NCBI RefSeq assembly: GCF_000142905.1 | Contig: NW_013657659.1 | Coordinates: 408,483-472,482, forward strand | Direction of reading: 5' to 3' | From: Thecamonas trahens ATCC 50062 | Taxonomy: Eukaryota > Protista > Apusomonadida | DNA: 64,000 nucleotides | Shown: positions 11,391 through 21,381 of the stretch, piece by piece | Numbering within the stretch: the first letter of the stretch is position 1 | Layout of the letters: each line of letters starts with the position of its first letter | The notes under the pieces: model-generated | Told to the model about the DNA's origin: nothing | What the model saw: only the letters and a program-made list of their open reading frames with translations | The model's database searches: none | Program-made: the position numbers and the translations under genes

Positions 11391-12694
11391 CTTGCTCTCG
11401 GCGGCAGCGACTGAGCCGGCCCGCGACGCCCGCCGTTTTGGCCGCAGCGTCATTGACTTGTTGTCCATGGTGGCAAAGGTCATGAGTTCGACCGACTGCA
11501 ACGACTCCCAATCGGCGTACGACGGCATGGCCACCTCCTTGGGCGGCGACGAGGTGCTGGTTGACGGTGCGAGTCCGGACGAGCCGGCCGAGACAAGCGT
11601 CGGCTTAGGCGGCCCGTTGTCCGACTCGCTCCCGTTGTCCGGCCGGCTGGCGGCTGCGGAAGGCGAGCTGGGCTCCGAGACCGAGACCTCGCCCGAGTAC
11701 GAGCTGATGGAGCCGTCATCACCAGCGGTGCACCCGTCCGACTTTGAGTCCGAGTCCGAGTCCGAGCTTGAACTGCCGCTCACCCGCTCATTCTGCGAGC
11801 GGGAGCGAGAGCGCGAGTGCATCTCATCCGAAGTCGAGCCCATCGACTCGGGGTCGCCGGTTGGGTAGCGGATGCGGTCGATCTTTTTCTTGTGCTTCTT
11901 CCGGCCGCTGCTGCTCCGGGTGGCGCCACTGCCACCAACCTGACGCGGCGAGACAATCCGCCCAGTTGTGGGCCTTTCGGACGAACGGGTGTTTGTCGCT
12001 AGATGCAGATAGTACACCGATCCGTCAGCATCCTGCAGCGAGACCCACTCATCGCGATTCGACGACACATCCGCAGCCTCTGGTGAGAGAATGCCCTCAG
12101 TCCCGTAGTCTGGCGAGACCGATCCACGTCGAATGCGGGAGTTTGCCTGAGGCGGCTCGACTGCGTGCGGAAGAGGATGTGAGTTGGTGGAGGGGGGAGG
12201 GGGGGGACGGGGGGGGGGGGGTGTGGTGGTTGATCAGCGGGCGATCGATCAGCGGGCGATCGATCAGCGGGCGATCGATCAGAGGCAGGCAAGGCGGACG
12301 TACGGTAGGCGAGGTCGGAGAGGGTATCCTCCGAGTCTGTGGCGTGTGGGGTGGCGTATGCAGAGGAGGTTGGAGTTGTGGCCAGCGGGGTGAGGCAGTC
12401 GGTGGTGGTGGTTGTGGTGGTGGGGTTGGCGGCGTTTGCGGCGTTGGCGAGGTCGGCGGTGGGAGTGGTGCGAGTGGTGGGAGAGCCAGGCGGAGTGACA
12501 GCCGAGACAGAGACCAAAGGGTTGGAAGCGAGGGAAGCGAGTTGGGAAGGAGAGGAAGTGGAAGAGGCTGCAGAAGTAGTGGAAGTGGTGGTGGATGAGG
12601 AAGAACCGGATGTCTCTCCATCAGTCGAAGTACTGCTTCCGGAACTGGTGCTGCTCTCAGAGTCGGAGAAATCAACAGACGCAAGCCGCTGCAT
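9588..12694 (-). CDS. Inositol polyphosphate 5-phosphatase with N-terminal WW domain and C-terminal C2-like region; exons 12694-12304 and 12160-9588
   Basis: IPPc motifs VGSWNMG, VQEC, GNKGGVAV, FIGAHLAAH, FWCGDLNYR, PAWCDRIMW, SDHAPV; WW-like EWVSLQDADGSVYYLHLATNTRSSERP. Intron gtacgt...cacgcag (12303-12161) joins in phase 1. Confidence 0.9.
12232..12282. repeat. Intronic 15-bp repeat (gatcagcgggcgatc)x3
   Basis: Seen directly inside the inferred 5-phosphatase intron. Confidence 0.9.
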
Positions 12695-12889
12695 GGCTGG
12701 CACCACACGCTTTCCGGCGACGAGTGCTTGTTGCTCAGGACACGGGTCTCATCAGGCGGTGACGATGAGGCGAGGATGGCCGGCTGTGTTTGCCCCCATC
12801 CCACATGCCTCGGCCTGATCGTTCCGCTTCTCGCCCTCTACACCGCTTTCTGTGCCGATGGCGGGCGTGTGCGAGCTGTACTGTCTTTG

Positions 12890-13915
12890 CTATGCTACAC
12901 TGCTCCAGTGAAGAGTGTCCTGATAGAGAGTGGTGGCCATGTGGCGAAGCCTGCGCTTGGCAATGTTGGAGCGGACAAGGCGGGTGGTCTGATCGTCGAG
13001 GACGGTGGTCAGCCGCGGAGTGGCCGGGAACGGGCCGATACCCCATGTGGTGCGGGCTTCAACTCGTGCACGAGCCCGATCAAAGGCAACATTGTTGACG
13101 GCAACACGCTCTTCGCGGGCAAGGATCTTGAGCTCGACGGCGCGCTTCTTGTTGACCACCCGGCGTCGGGAATCCAGACGTGAACGTGCGGCCCGGGCCT
13201 CCTTGGCCAGCCTTGCGCGGTCGCGGCGGAAGACGGCCCGGGCCTGCGCAAGTGCAGCCTGGCGGAGCCGCATCTTGCGGGCAACCTGGGTGTCTGCCAC
13301 CCGGCGGACCGGCGAGCGCATCAGTGCGACGTCCGGCGGCAGCGGGATCATGGGCAGCGGCGAGGTTGCTGGGCGTGGAGCCGACGGGGCGTGCGGGGAC
13401 TGTGGGCCCTGTGGGCCCTGTGGCGGATGCACAGCGAGCGAGCCTGTCTTCGACGCCATCCGCAGCGACGCCGATGCAGCTCGCAGTCGCCGCCGTCTCA
13501 ACCGCTGCGCCACGGCCGCCAGGCGCTGCTCCTCTGCAGCGGCCTCGGCCTTGACCCGGGCCCGCTCAGCCTCGACCTCCTTCTCCACCTTGCGCCGCTT
13601 GGCATCAAAAGCTCTCCGAGTCTCCAGCGCCTTGATCCGCAGCTCCTCTTGTGCCGCTCGCGCCGCCTTGAGCTCATCCCTCGGCGGGGCATGGACCATC
13701 TCCAGCACACACTCGGAGCCAACCGCACGGGCATGGATCTCTTCCGGATGGGCATCCTTTGCATGGCTCTCGTCGGCATCGGTCATAAAGGTAGCCCGAG
13801 TAGCAGAGCCACTCTCGCCAGCGCCTTCCGGTGTCCTGCCAGGGCCAGTTTCGGCCATGGCCATCATGGTTCGGTTGGTTCTTGTCCGTGCTCTCGCGGC
13901 AGCTGCGGCCGTCAT
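12890..13915 (-). CDS. Hypothetical coiled-coil, Arg/Ala-rich protein
   Basis: Open ORF with charged heptad-like stretches; start codon uncertain; no family recognised. Confidence 0.6.
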   Translation of the reverse strand: MTAAAAARARTRTNRTMMAMAETGPGRTPEGAGESGSATRATFMTDADESHAKDAHPEEIHARAVGSECVLEMVHAPPRDELKAARAAQEELRIKALETRRAFDAKRRKVEKEVEAERARVKAEAAAEEQRLAAVAQRLRRRRLRAASASLRMASKTGSLAVHPPQGPQGPQSPHAPSAPRPATSPLPMIPLPPDVALMRSPVRRVADTQVARKMRLRQAALAQARAVFRRDRARLAKEARAARSRLDSRRRVVNKKRAVELKILAREERVAVNNVAFDRARARVEARTTWGIGPFPATPRLTTVLDDQTTRLVRSNIAKRRLRHMATTLYQDTLHWSSVA

Positions 13916-14145
13916 GGTCTCTGCCAGACGAGCCGCCCGTGGCGAAGGGAAAGCAAAGCGGCTGTCATGCGCCCTTGTTCGCCTTCCTCCCATCCTTCCT
14001 CGCTCCTTCTTTCCGCTGTTCCTGCTCTCCGCCGCCCACTCCCGGCCGTGGTCTGCGTCAAGTGCTCTCCCTGCTGCTTCAAACTGCCTGCCGCAGCGGA
14101 GTCGGTTGTGGCTGCTGCTGCTGCGGGCATGGTGATGGAGCGATA

Positions 14146-14247
14146 GGGCGATGGGGCGATGGGGCGATGGGGCGATGGGGCGATGGGGCGATGGGGCGAT
14201 GGGGCGATGGGGCGATGGGGCGATGGGCGATGGGGCGATGGGGTGAT
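14146..14247. repeat. 8-bp minisatellite (ggggcgat) x ~13 between divergent genes
   Basis: Seen directly. Confidence 0.95.
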
Positions 14248-14292
14248 ACAGCTCCGGTCAGTTGCGGCCATCAACTCGGCTGTCGTCTGGGC

Positions 14293-16203
14293 ATGGCACT
14301 GTTCGCCAGTGGCGTGGTGGCCGGGACAGGAGGAAGTGGCTGGGAGAGGGACAGCGACACGGCACACACCTCTTTGTCGAGGGTACACAACCAAGCCCAG
14401 GGAGGTGGACAGGTGGACAGGTGGACAGGTGGACAGGTGGACAGGCTGGCTGGCAGGGTTGGGAGCAGGTGGGCCATGGCGCAACTGGTAGAGGTGATGG
14501 AGCATGGCTCCGGCATGGGTATGGGCATGGTCGAAAAGCAGGTACAACGGGACGAGGGGACAAAGCGGAAGGTGCCTACGGCAGTCTCTCATCCGGACAT
14601 TGGCCGGGATGGTGGCCTTGGCTCGGTTGCCCACCGCGGGGGCGTGGCGGGCGATCAGCACGGCGCGCTCGCCGCTGGCGACTCTCTGGGTGCCGTGAGC
14701 GCAAACCCGTCCCGGGCTCAATCTGCTTGCACGCCGCACTCCCGGCCGCTGGCTGTTGCCGGCGCCGCTACAGTGTCGACAACATTGGCACGCGCGCTGG
14801 GTGATGAGGCCGTTGGCAAGAGTGATGCGGGAGCGAGTGTGAAGCGTGATCGTCCGACGTCGGCGCCTGTCCACCGACGCGGTGCCGAGGGCGAGTTGGT
14901 GGCGGCAGCAGCTGCTGCTGGGCTTGCGGGCCTGGTGTTTGAGTATGATCTCGGCCCCGAGTTTGAGCCGCGGGAAAAGGTGCCGTCGCGGTTTGCGGTG
15001 ACTCGCGATCGGGTGGAGGCTGAGCTTCGCGCACGCGCCCCCGAAGCCCACATGCCGGTCCTTCCCGACGGCCGACGGCGGCGACTGGCGTCGGCGGCAT
15101 CGCGCCGGATGCTGGCCCGCTCGTCGCGCGCGCGCGCCCGCAAGCCGTTTCTCGCCCGAATGATGGACGACGTCGCACGTGCAAGAGCCGCGGCAAGCTT
15201 GCCCAGGCCGCCGCCGCCGGCCGCGGCGCCTGCCACGCTCCTTCACCAGCAGCTGGCTGCGGCGCGCGAGGCGGCGGCCCTGCCGACACAAAGCATCGAG
15301 TCTGAGACCTCGCGCCGAGTTCGCAAGCGACTTGAGCAGGCCGAGCGGCAGCAAAGGCGGCGGGAGGCTCGGGTCCGCACGCAGCTCAAGAACATCGCCC
15401 GGCAGCACGAGCTCATCCGCCGCGAGCTAGAGGAGGAGCGAGCTGCCGCGCGGATTCAGCGCCAAGACGAAGAGACTGCTCGCGCCACACGGCGGGCAAA
15501 ACGGCGCGAGTCGGCCGGTGAGCGCAAGCAGCGACTTGCCCGGCAGCGTGCGCGCGATATGGCGGCTCGCTCGCGGCGGCTGGCCCGGATCCGCGAGGAA
15601 AAGGCCCGTGCGCGCGAGCTAGCCCGACGCGACGCCGAGGAGCAGCAGGCCAAGAGAAGAGCGCGCGTGGCAGAGGCTGACGCGCAGCGAGCAGCACGAT
15701 CGATCACGCTTGCCAGGGAGCAGGAGGCAGTGGTCCGCAGGCGCGAGGAGGCCCAGCTCCGCCGGATGCAGGCCATTGCAGCGTCACGCGCCCGCGAGGA
15801 GGCCCGGTCGAGAGCCGCCGCCGACAGGCGCGCTCGCAAACATGCCGCGACCGAGACCCGCATCCGGCAAGCCGAGCTCGCGCGGCTCCACATTCAAGAG
15901 CAAGTGGACCAGCGTCGGTCTGAGTTTGGCCTCGGCGTCGGCTCGCGGTTCTTCGACTATCTCGTCGAGGAGTCGCTTCGCGAGAGCCTGGCCGGGCCCG
16001 GGCCCGCGAAGGGCGGTGGCGAGGGTGGCGGAGACGGCGAGAGCGGCAGCAGCGAGCAGGCCGATGGCGATGCAGGCGTCACTGCGGCGCTGTCGCCGCG
16101 GCCGCATTCGACGCCACGGCCGCCAAGCAGGCCACGGCCGAAAAGTTCGGGCGGGCGGCGACCGAGGCGGCGGCGAGCATTGAGCGGTGCGGGCAGGGCA
16201 TGA
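14293..16203 (+). CDS. Hypothetical long coiled-coil (R/E/A/Q-rich) protein; start uncertain (14293 or 14476, possible 5' intron)
   Basis: Long ORF with an extended charged alpha-helical region; no family recognised. Confidence 0.65.
   Translation: MALFASGVVAGTGGSGWERDSDTAHTSLSRVHNQAQGGGQVDRWTGGQVDRLAGRVGSRWAMAQLVEVMEHGSGMGMGMVEKQVQRDEGTKRKVPTAVSHPDIGRDGGLGSVAHRGGVAGDQHGALAAGDSLGAVSANPSRAQSACTPHSRPLAVAGAATVSTTLARALGDEAVGKSDAGASVKRDRPTSAPVHRRGAEGELVAAAAAAGLAGLVFEYDLGPEFEPREKVPSRFAVTRDRVEAELRARAPEAHMPVLPDGRRRRLASAASRRMLARSSRARARKPFLARMMDDVARARAAASLPRPPPPAAAPATLLHQQLAAAREAAALPTQSIESETSRRVRKRLEQAERQQRRREARVRTQLKNIARQHELIRRELEEERAAARIQRQDEETARATRRAKRRESAGERKQRLARQRARDMAARSRRLARIREEKARARELARRDAEEQQAKRRARVAEADAQRAARSITLAREQEAVVRRREEAQLRRMQAIAASRAREEARSRAAADRRARKHAATETRIRQAELARLHIQEQVDQRRSEFGLGVGSRFFDYLVEESLRESLAGPGPAKGGGEGGGDGESGSSEQADGDAGVTAALSPRPHSTPRPPSRPRPKSSGGRRPRRRRALSGAGRA
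14405..14444. repeat. 8-bp minisatellite (gtggacag)x5
   Basis: Seen directly. Confidence 0.95.
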
Positions 16204-16299
16204 GAAGTGGTTCATTTCTCGGACGAAGGAAGGTAGGTGCGAGTGGTATGGGCGAGTGGCTGGATGTGAGTGGCTGTGTGAGTGGCTGTGCACTGTACA

Positions 16300-18403
16300 C
16301 TAGCGGAGCGCCGAGTCGGCCTGATAGGTAAAGCCCTCAAAGGCGCCCTTGGCGGCGTCGGCGAGCGCGCCAGACGGCTCAACATACGAATCGACGACGG
16401 GCATGTCAGTAAAGGTGGGATCAAAGAGCGACGAGTCATCCTCACCCTTGACGTCGGGGGTCCAGGGCGGAGTGATGTTCTTTGCGACGAGCTTGGTCCA
16501 GTTGATGTTGGCAAAGTATGGGTGCGACTTGATGGCCTCGCCGCCGCCGTCGCCAGCGCCGAGGCGGTTGGCAGGCGTGCGGTCGAGGAGCTTGCGGATA
16601 AAGTCCTGCGTGACGTCCGGGATGTCGTCAGGGAAGACCAGGTCCGAGTACAGGATCTTGCGGTACATCGTGTTGGTGTCGTTGGAGTAGAACGGCGGGA
16701 GGCCGGTGAGCATTTCAAAGAGGAGGACGCCAAGCGACCACCAGTCGACTTCCTTCCCGTAGCCCTCGCCCTTGAGGATCTCGGGCGCGAGGTACTCTGC
16801 GGTGCCGCAGAACGTCGAGGTGGTGTCGCCCTCGGCCATGTTCTCCTTGACCAGGCCAAAGTCGGTGATGCACAGGTGGCCGTCATTGGCGATGAGGATG
16901 TTCTCGGGCTTGAGGTCGCGGTAGACGACGTCGAGGGCGTGCAGGTAGTCGAGGGCGAGCGTGAGCTCGGCAGCGTAGAACTGGCAGCGAGCAGGCGCAA
17001 ACTTGACTTCGTTCTGCAGATGGAAAAAGAGCTCGCCGCCGTTGACGTAGTCGAGGATGAGGTAGAGCTTAGTGTCGGTCTGGAACGAGAACTTGAGGCC
17101 GACAATAAATGGATGGTTGACCTGGCCGAGGACCCGCTGCTCGGCTCGGGTGTGCTCGACCTCGTCGCGCGCGATGATGACCTCCTTGTTGAGTGTCTTC
17201 ATCGCGTACAGGTTGCCAGTATCCTTCTTGCGCACCAGCATGACCTTGCCAAACGAGCCTTTGCCCAGGACCTTGAGCAGGTCAAACGCGTCGACCGAGA
17301 GTTTGGCGTCGCCCGCCGGCTGGCAGGTGTACTCGACTGCAAGGTGCACAGAGCCCTTGACCTTGTCCTTCCACTGCTGCGGGATGAGCTTGAACCACTG
17401 CTTGTGCTCGCGCCCGGCCTCCAGGCTCGACAGCCGGATCTTGACATGACCGAGGAACGTCTTGGTGCTCTTGTCCCACACCGAGACCTGCAGCTCGCCC
17501 ACCGACGACGTCACGTCAAACTTGAACGACGCGTTCCAGCTCGGGTTGGTTGCATCGTCCGACGCCTTTGTCTTCACCTTTTGCTTGTCGTACGTCAGCT
17601 TGCAGTACGGCCGCCAATCTGTGCCCACCTCCCCCAGCGCATTCCCAGCATCGACCGACATCGATCAGCATCAGTAACCCAATGAGTGCATTTCATAGCA
17701 TGGCGTAACATTCCGCTTACCCCCCCTCAACACACACACTTGCCCTTCCACCCCCCCTCCCCCCCCCCCCTCCCTCCCCCCCTCAGCCCCTCCCTCTCAC
17801 TCCCTCTCGCTCCACCGCTAGCAAACCTACCTCCGGGCTTGAGTTCCTTTGCACCGAGGACTGCCACCCATCGATTTCTCCAGTGAGTATGTCCATCTAT
17901 ACAGAAACATGTATGATTGTGTACGCGTGTATGTATGCGTGTGTGTGCGTGTGCGTGTGTGTGTGTGGGGGGGGGTAGGGGGGAGGGGAAGGAGTGGGGG
18001 GAGACATGGCTATTCCGTGGAACTCATTTCTTGGCGGCCTGGACGAGGGGGGGCAATCAGAGTATATGTGGATGGGGGGGAGGGATAGGTGGAAGAAGAA
18101 GATGTGCCTTGTGCTTCTTGTATGTGTGTGTGTGTGTGCATGTGTGCGTGTGTTTGTGTGTGTGGAGGAGGTCCCTGGAGGGAGCTTGGCTGTGGTGGAG
18201 GCATGGGCGGGTGCGAGGGGGTCACGGGTGTTGGTGGGTCGATCAGAACCAAAAAAGGGCTTCATTGCCAGGTGTGGTCACCATGGTCATGGGCATGGGT
18301 ATGGACATGGGATGGAGGATGGAGACGGTGGAGGGTGGATATGGTTTGGTATGGGCTGAGGCTTACTCTTGACAGACAGAATGCCGATGTCGGAAGCTGC
18401 CAT
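16300..18403 (-). CDS. AGC-family Ser/Thr kinase with N-terminal C2 domain (Ypk1/Gad8/SGK-like); exons 18403-18367, 17860-17831 and 17618-16300
   Basis: Kinase motifs GKGSFGKV, YAMK, YRDLKPEN, DFG, TFCGTAEYLAPE and hydrophobic motif FEGFTY. Splicing at gtaagc/ggcag and gtaggt/cacag yields MAASDIGILSVKILGAKELKPGDWRPYCKL..., a complete C2 start. Confidence 0.93.
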
Positions 18404-18477
18404 GGTTGGATGGTACTCGCGATGGCTCGGAGGAGGGCCGAGGTGACGACGAGTGTGGCCGTCTGTCGTGTGCCGTG

Positions 18478-21287
18478 CAGTGTTTGCAATGAATACCAGC
18501 ATTCATCGGTCTATTCATCCAGGTATTCAATTCGGTATTCCCTTTCGGGGCTATGAATACCCACATGTGCGACTTTGCCCGGACTTGACGCCAGAATCTA
18601 CACCGCTCTCAGCACTACCATGACCGGCGATGTGCTGCGCAACTTGCGTGTTCGCAGTCAAAGCAAGTCAAGCGTGTACTGGTCGGTGGTTTACGAAGAT
18701 GAAGGTGGCGAGGATGGCAAGTTTCGATGCATGCTGTGTGGCGTGCAGGTCACCGCCTCGCATGGTAAGACCTCCAACATCGCCAACCACATGAAGCTTC
18801 AGCACCGCAGCCTCATCCAGCGGCTTGCTAAGGCAGTCGGCCCTGAGACCTCGTCCCAGCCATCCATCACGCAGTCACTTGGGACGCTGTCCGGCAAGTC
18901 ACTAGCGGCTCGCAAGAGGGCAACGGCGCCTGCAGCCGTCAAGTTCGTCCTGAGCTCGCACTCGCCGTTCCGCATCATGGACAACCCCGACATGCACGCC
19001 ATGGTGGCGGCGGCATCGCGCCTCTCTGTTGAGCAAATCAAGCAAGTACTTCCATCTGCGTACCAGGTAGCCGGACCTGGCCTTGATGCGTTGTTTGAGC
19101 GCTGCCGCCAGTCCGTCGTCAACCTGACAAAGTCCGGACCTGTCGTGCTGTATGTCGACGAGTGGACGTCCAAGGCGACACACAAGTCATTTCTCGGCAT
19201 GTGCGCCTCCTTCTACAATAATGATGGAGAGCGTGTAACCGTTCCGGTTGCTTTTCGTGCCCTCACGCCTGAGACTATGCTCGCGATCCAGGAGACTGGT
19301 TTGGATAGCGAGCCATCATCAGGCGCCGTAGCAGCGGAAGCACTGGATCACCTGTCTACCAATGCGGCCACACTGGCCAGTATGGTGAAGGAATGCACGG
19401 ATCGGATGGGACTGGAGTGGGGCCGTGTTTGCGGCGTGGCGACTGACACTACGTCGGTCATGCCGTGCATGGCGCGTGAGCTTGGTCTGCCTTGGTTTCC
19501 CTGCCTATCCCACCGCATCAACCTCATCGCAGGCAAGGTCATCCGCCACCTCGGCTCGGTCGCCGAGCCCTGCCCTGAGCTCATCATGCAGGACAACATG
19601 CTCGACCTAGTCGGAGACAAGCTTGTGGACAACTTTTCGGACACGGAGGGGGATGACGTAGGTAGCGACACCGAGCCAATGGAGGCTAACTCGAGCGATC
19701 CAACGCCAGGTCCGTTCAGCGGAGCCGACTTGTCGGCGCCCGCACCAGTTGCGCCAGTGGCCAAGCGCAAGAACCCCGGTGCTACCAACGATGACGTCCC
19801 CCTCGACGATTTGTTGCTCTCAGACCTGCCCAATGCCCCTCTCGATGGTCGCCCGGATCCTCTGTCGAAGGCTCGTCGCATTGTGGCCCTCGTTCAGCGC
19901 TCGTCTAAGGTCAAGCGCTACCTCGACCATATCATTGACAAGAAGGAGCACTTGGAACAGGAGGAGTACAACATCGAGGTCTCCAAGTACAAAGGGCTAG
20001 TGCAGGGCGGATTGGCGCACAAGGTCGCCCCTCCTATCATGCCACGTCGTCGTCCGCGGTCGCTGCGCCCATCTGTCGTCACCCGCTGGGGGTCGACTGT
20101 TGCCATGCTCAATCGCATGCTCGACATGCGCGAGGACATTGACGAGCTCTGCTCCATGCCGGAGGTCTCGGTCGAGAAGCTTTCGGACGACGACTGGGCG
20201 CAGCTCAAGCTCGCGTACCCAGTCCTCAGCATGATCGACATGGCCTCCACCAGATCGCAGAGGGAGGATAATCGGCCCTCGGATGCGATTGTGACGATGC
20301 TGCATATGCGCTCCGGCATGCAAGAGATTATCTCAGTCCAGGCGTCTGGCGCGGGCACAGCCGCTTTGAAGGCAATCGGAAGCGAGCTCAAGTACTTTGC
20401 CGAGCAAGACACATCGCTATTCGCTTTCCTCATTGACCCCGAGGTCACCCATGAGCAACTGCGAGAGTTTTATGGCTGCTACGCCAAGGCATTGTACGGC
20501 GACAGAACGACAGATACCTTGATCCAGCGCGTTCGCCGCGACGTGTGGGGCCGCTTTGCGAGCAAGATTGCGGTTGCATTCCATGACCAGCTTGCGCGCA
20601 CCGAGAACGAACCTGTCCCGGAAGTGGTGGACATCGCGTTTGCCCCAGATGATGCTCCTCGGCGCGCCTCTGCATCTGCGAACAACATCAGTGCCGGTTC
20701 ATCAGGTGTGTCCGAGTGCGGGACTGAGTCGTCACGATGTGATGAAGTTGTGGACCTTATTCTGCAAAAGTACAAGCGCCAGCTTGAGGCTACCACCGGT
20801 AGTCGCGTTGGGTCCAAGAAGCCGCGCACGGCCTTTGCCCAGCAGGCGAGCAACCGCCCTTCCGCGACTCTGCTAATCGAGAGTTACTCCAAGGCACTTA
20901 CTCAGGCCATCTTCGACTACAAGAACATCGGTGTAACGATGTCGCCAGACGCGCGCATCCAGCTGATCCCCGCCTTGGCCCGCACTAAGTGCCGCTTCGG
21001 TGACGATCAGCGCATCTTCGATCTTATGGAGGCAGCAACGGCGCTCCTTCGTCCGCTGCTGCTCCCCTCTGCTGCAGCTGCGAGCGTGGAACGGCTCAAC
21101 TCGGTGGGCACAGACATGCTCACTCGTAAGCGCAACCGTCTTGACTCCGAAAGGATCGAGAAGATGGTGCTCACGCGCTGCTGGATCGCTGCCTCCACGA
21201 AGCTCGGTATCGACCTGTAGAGGAATATTCATTCCAAAGGTCCAGGTATTCATTCCTGACCAATATTTCGCGAAATTTCAAACACTG
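18478..21287 (+). mobile_element. Complete autonomous hAT-superfamily DNA transposon (2,810 bp)
   Basis: TIRs cagtgtttgcaat (18478-18490) and atttcaaacactg (21275-21287) are 12/13 complementary. The perfect 8-bp TSD gtgccgtg lies at 18470-18477 and 21288-21295. A transposase ORF lies inside. Confidence 0.97.
18620..21220 (+). CDS. hAT transposase (BED zinc finger, DDE core, C-terminal dimerisation domain)
   Basis: BED finger YW...CMLC...SNIANHMKLQH; first D in VDEWTS; second D in VATDT; CxxH in PCLSHRINL; VTRWGST; catalytic E in SVERLNS followed by RKRNRL...EKMV. The ORF is uninterrupted. Confidence 0.93.
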   Translation: MTGDVLRNLRVRSQSKSSVYWSVVYEDEGGEDGKFRCMLCGVQVTASHGKTSNIANHMKLQHRSLIQRLAKAVGPETSSQPSITQSLGTLSGKSLAARKRATAPAAVKFVLSSHSPFRIMDNPDMHAMVAAASRLSVEQIKQVLPSAYQVAGPGLDALFERCRQSVVNLTKSGPVVLYVDEWTSKATHKSFLGMCASFYNNDGERVTVPVAFRALTPETMLAIQETGLDSEPSSGAVAAEALDHLSTNAATLASMVKECTDRMGLEWGRVCGVATDTTSVMPCMARELGLPWFPCLSHRINLIAGKVIRHLGSVAEPCPELIMQDNMLDLVGDKLVDNFSDTEGDDVGSDTEPMEANSSDPTPGPFSGADLSAPAPVAPVAKRKNPGATNDDVPLDDLLLSDLPNAPLDGRPDPLSKARRIVALVQRSSKVKRYLDHIIDKKEHLEQEEYNIEVSKYKGLVQGGLAHKVAPPIMPRRRPRSLRPSVVTRWGSTVAMLNRMLDMREDIDELCSMPEVSVEKLSDDDWAQLKLAYPVLSMIDMASTRSQREDNRPSDAIVTMLHMRSGMQEIISVQASGAGTAALKAIGSELKYFAEQDTSLFAFLIDPEVTHEQLREFYGCYAKALYGDRTTDTLIQRVRRDVWGRFASKIAVAFHDQLARTENEPVPEVVDIAFAPDDAPRRASASANNISAGSSGVSECGTESSRCDEVVDLILQKYKRQLEATTGSRVGSKKPRTAFAQQASNRPSATLLIESYSKALTQAIFDYKNIGVTMSPDARIQLIPALARTKCRFGDDQRIFDLMEAATALLRPLLLPSAAAASVERLNSVGTDMLTRKRNRLDSERIEKMVLTRCWIAASTKLGIDL

Positions 21288-21381
21288 GTGCCGTGTGCAA
21301 GTGCGTGCGGCGAGCGGCGCGGGGCGCTCGATCGGGCAGAAAAGGTGATGAGGGCGGGGTGGGTCAGGGGAGTAAGGGGGT

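Noticed and set aside
16282-17685. Long antisense ORFs mirroring real genes (also 21401-22468, 35710-37452, 13005-14135 and others)
   Set aside because: These are expected shadow ORFs from high GC3 codon usage, with no motifs of their own.
17700-18170. Long G/C tracts and (GT)n microsatellites in introns and intergenic gaps (also about 22627, 31868, 37550, 38040, 58540) as G-quadruplex regulatory elements
   Set aside because: They are ubiquitous in non-coding DNA of this window, with nothing locus-specific to support a function.
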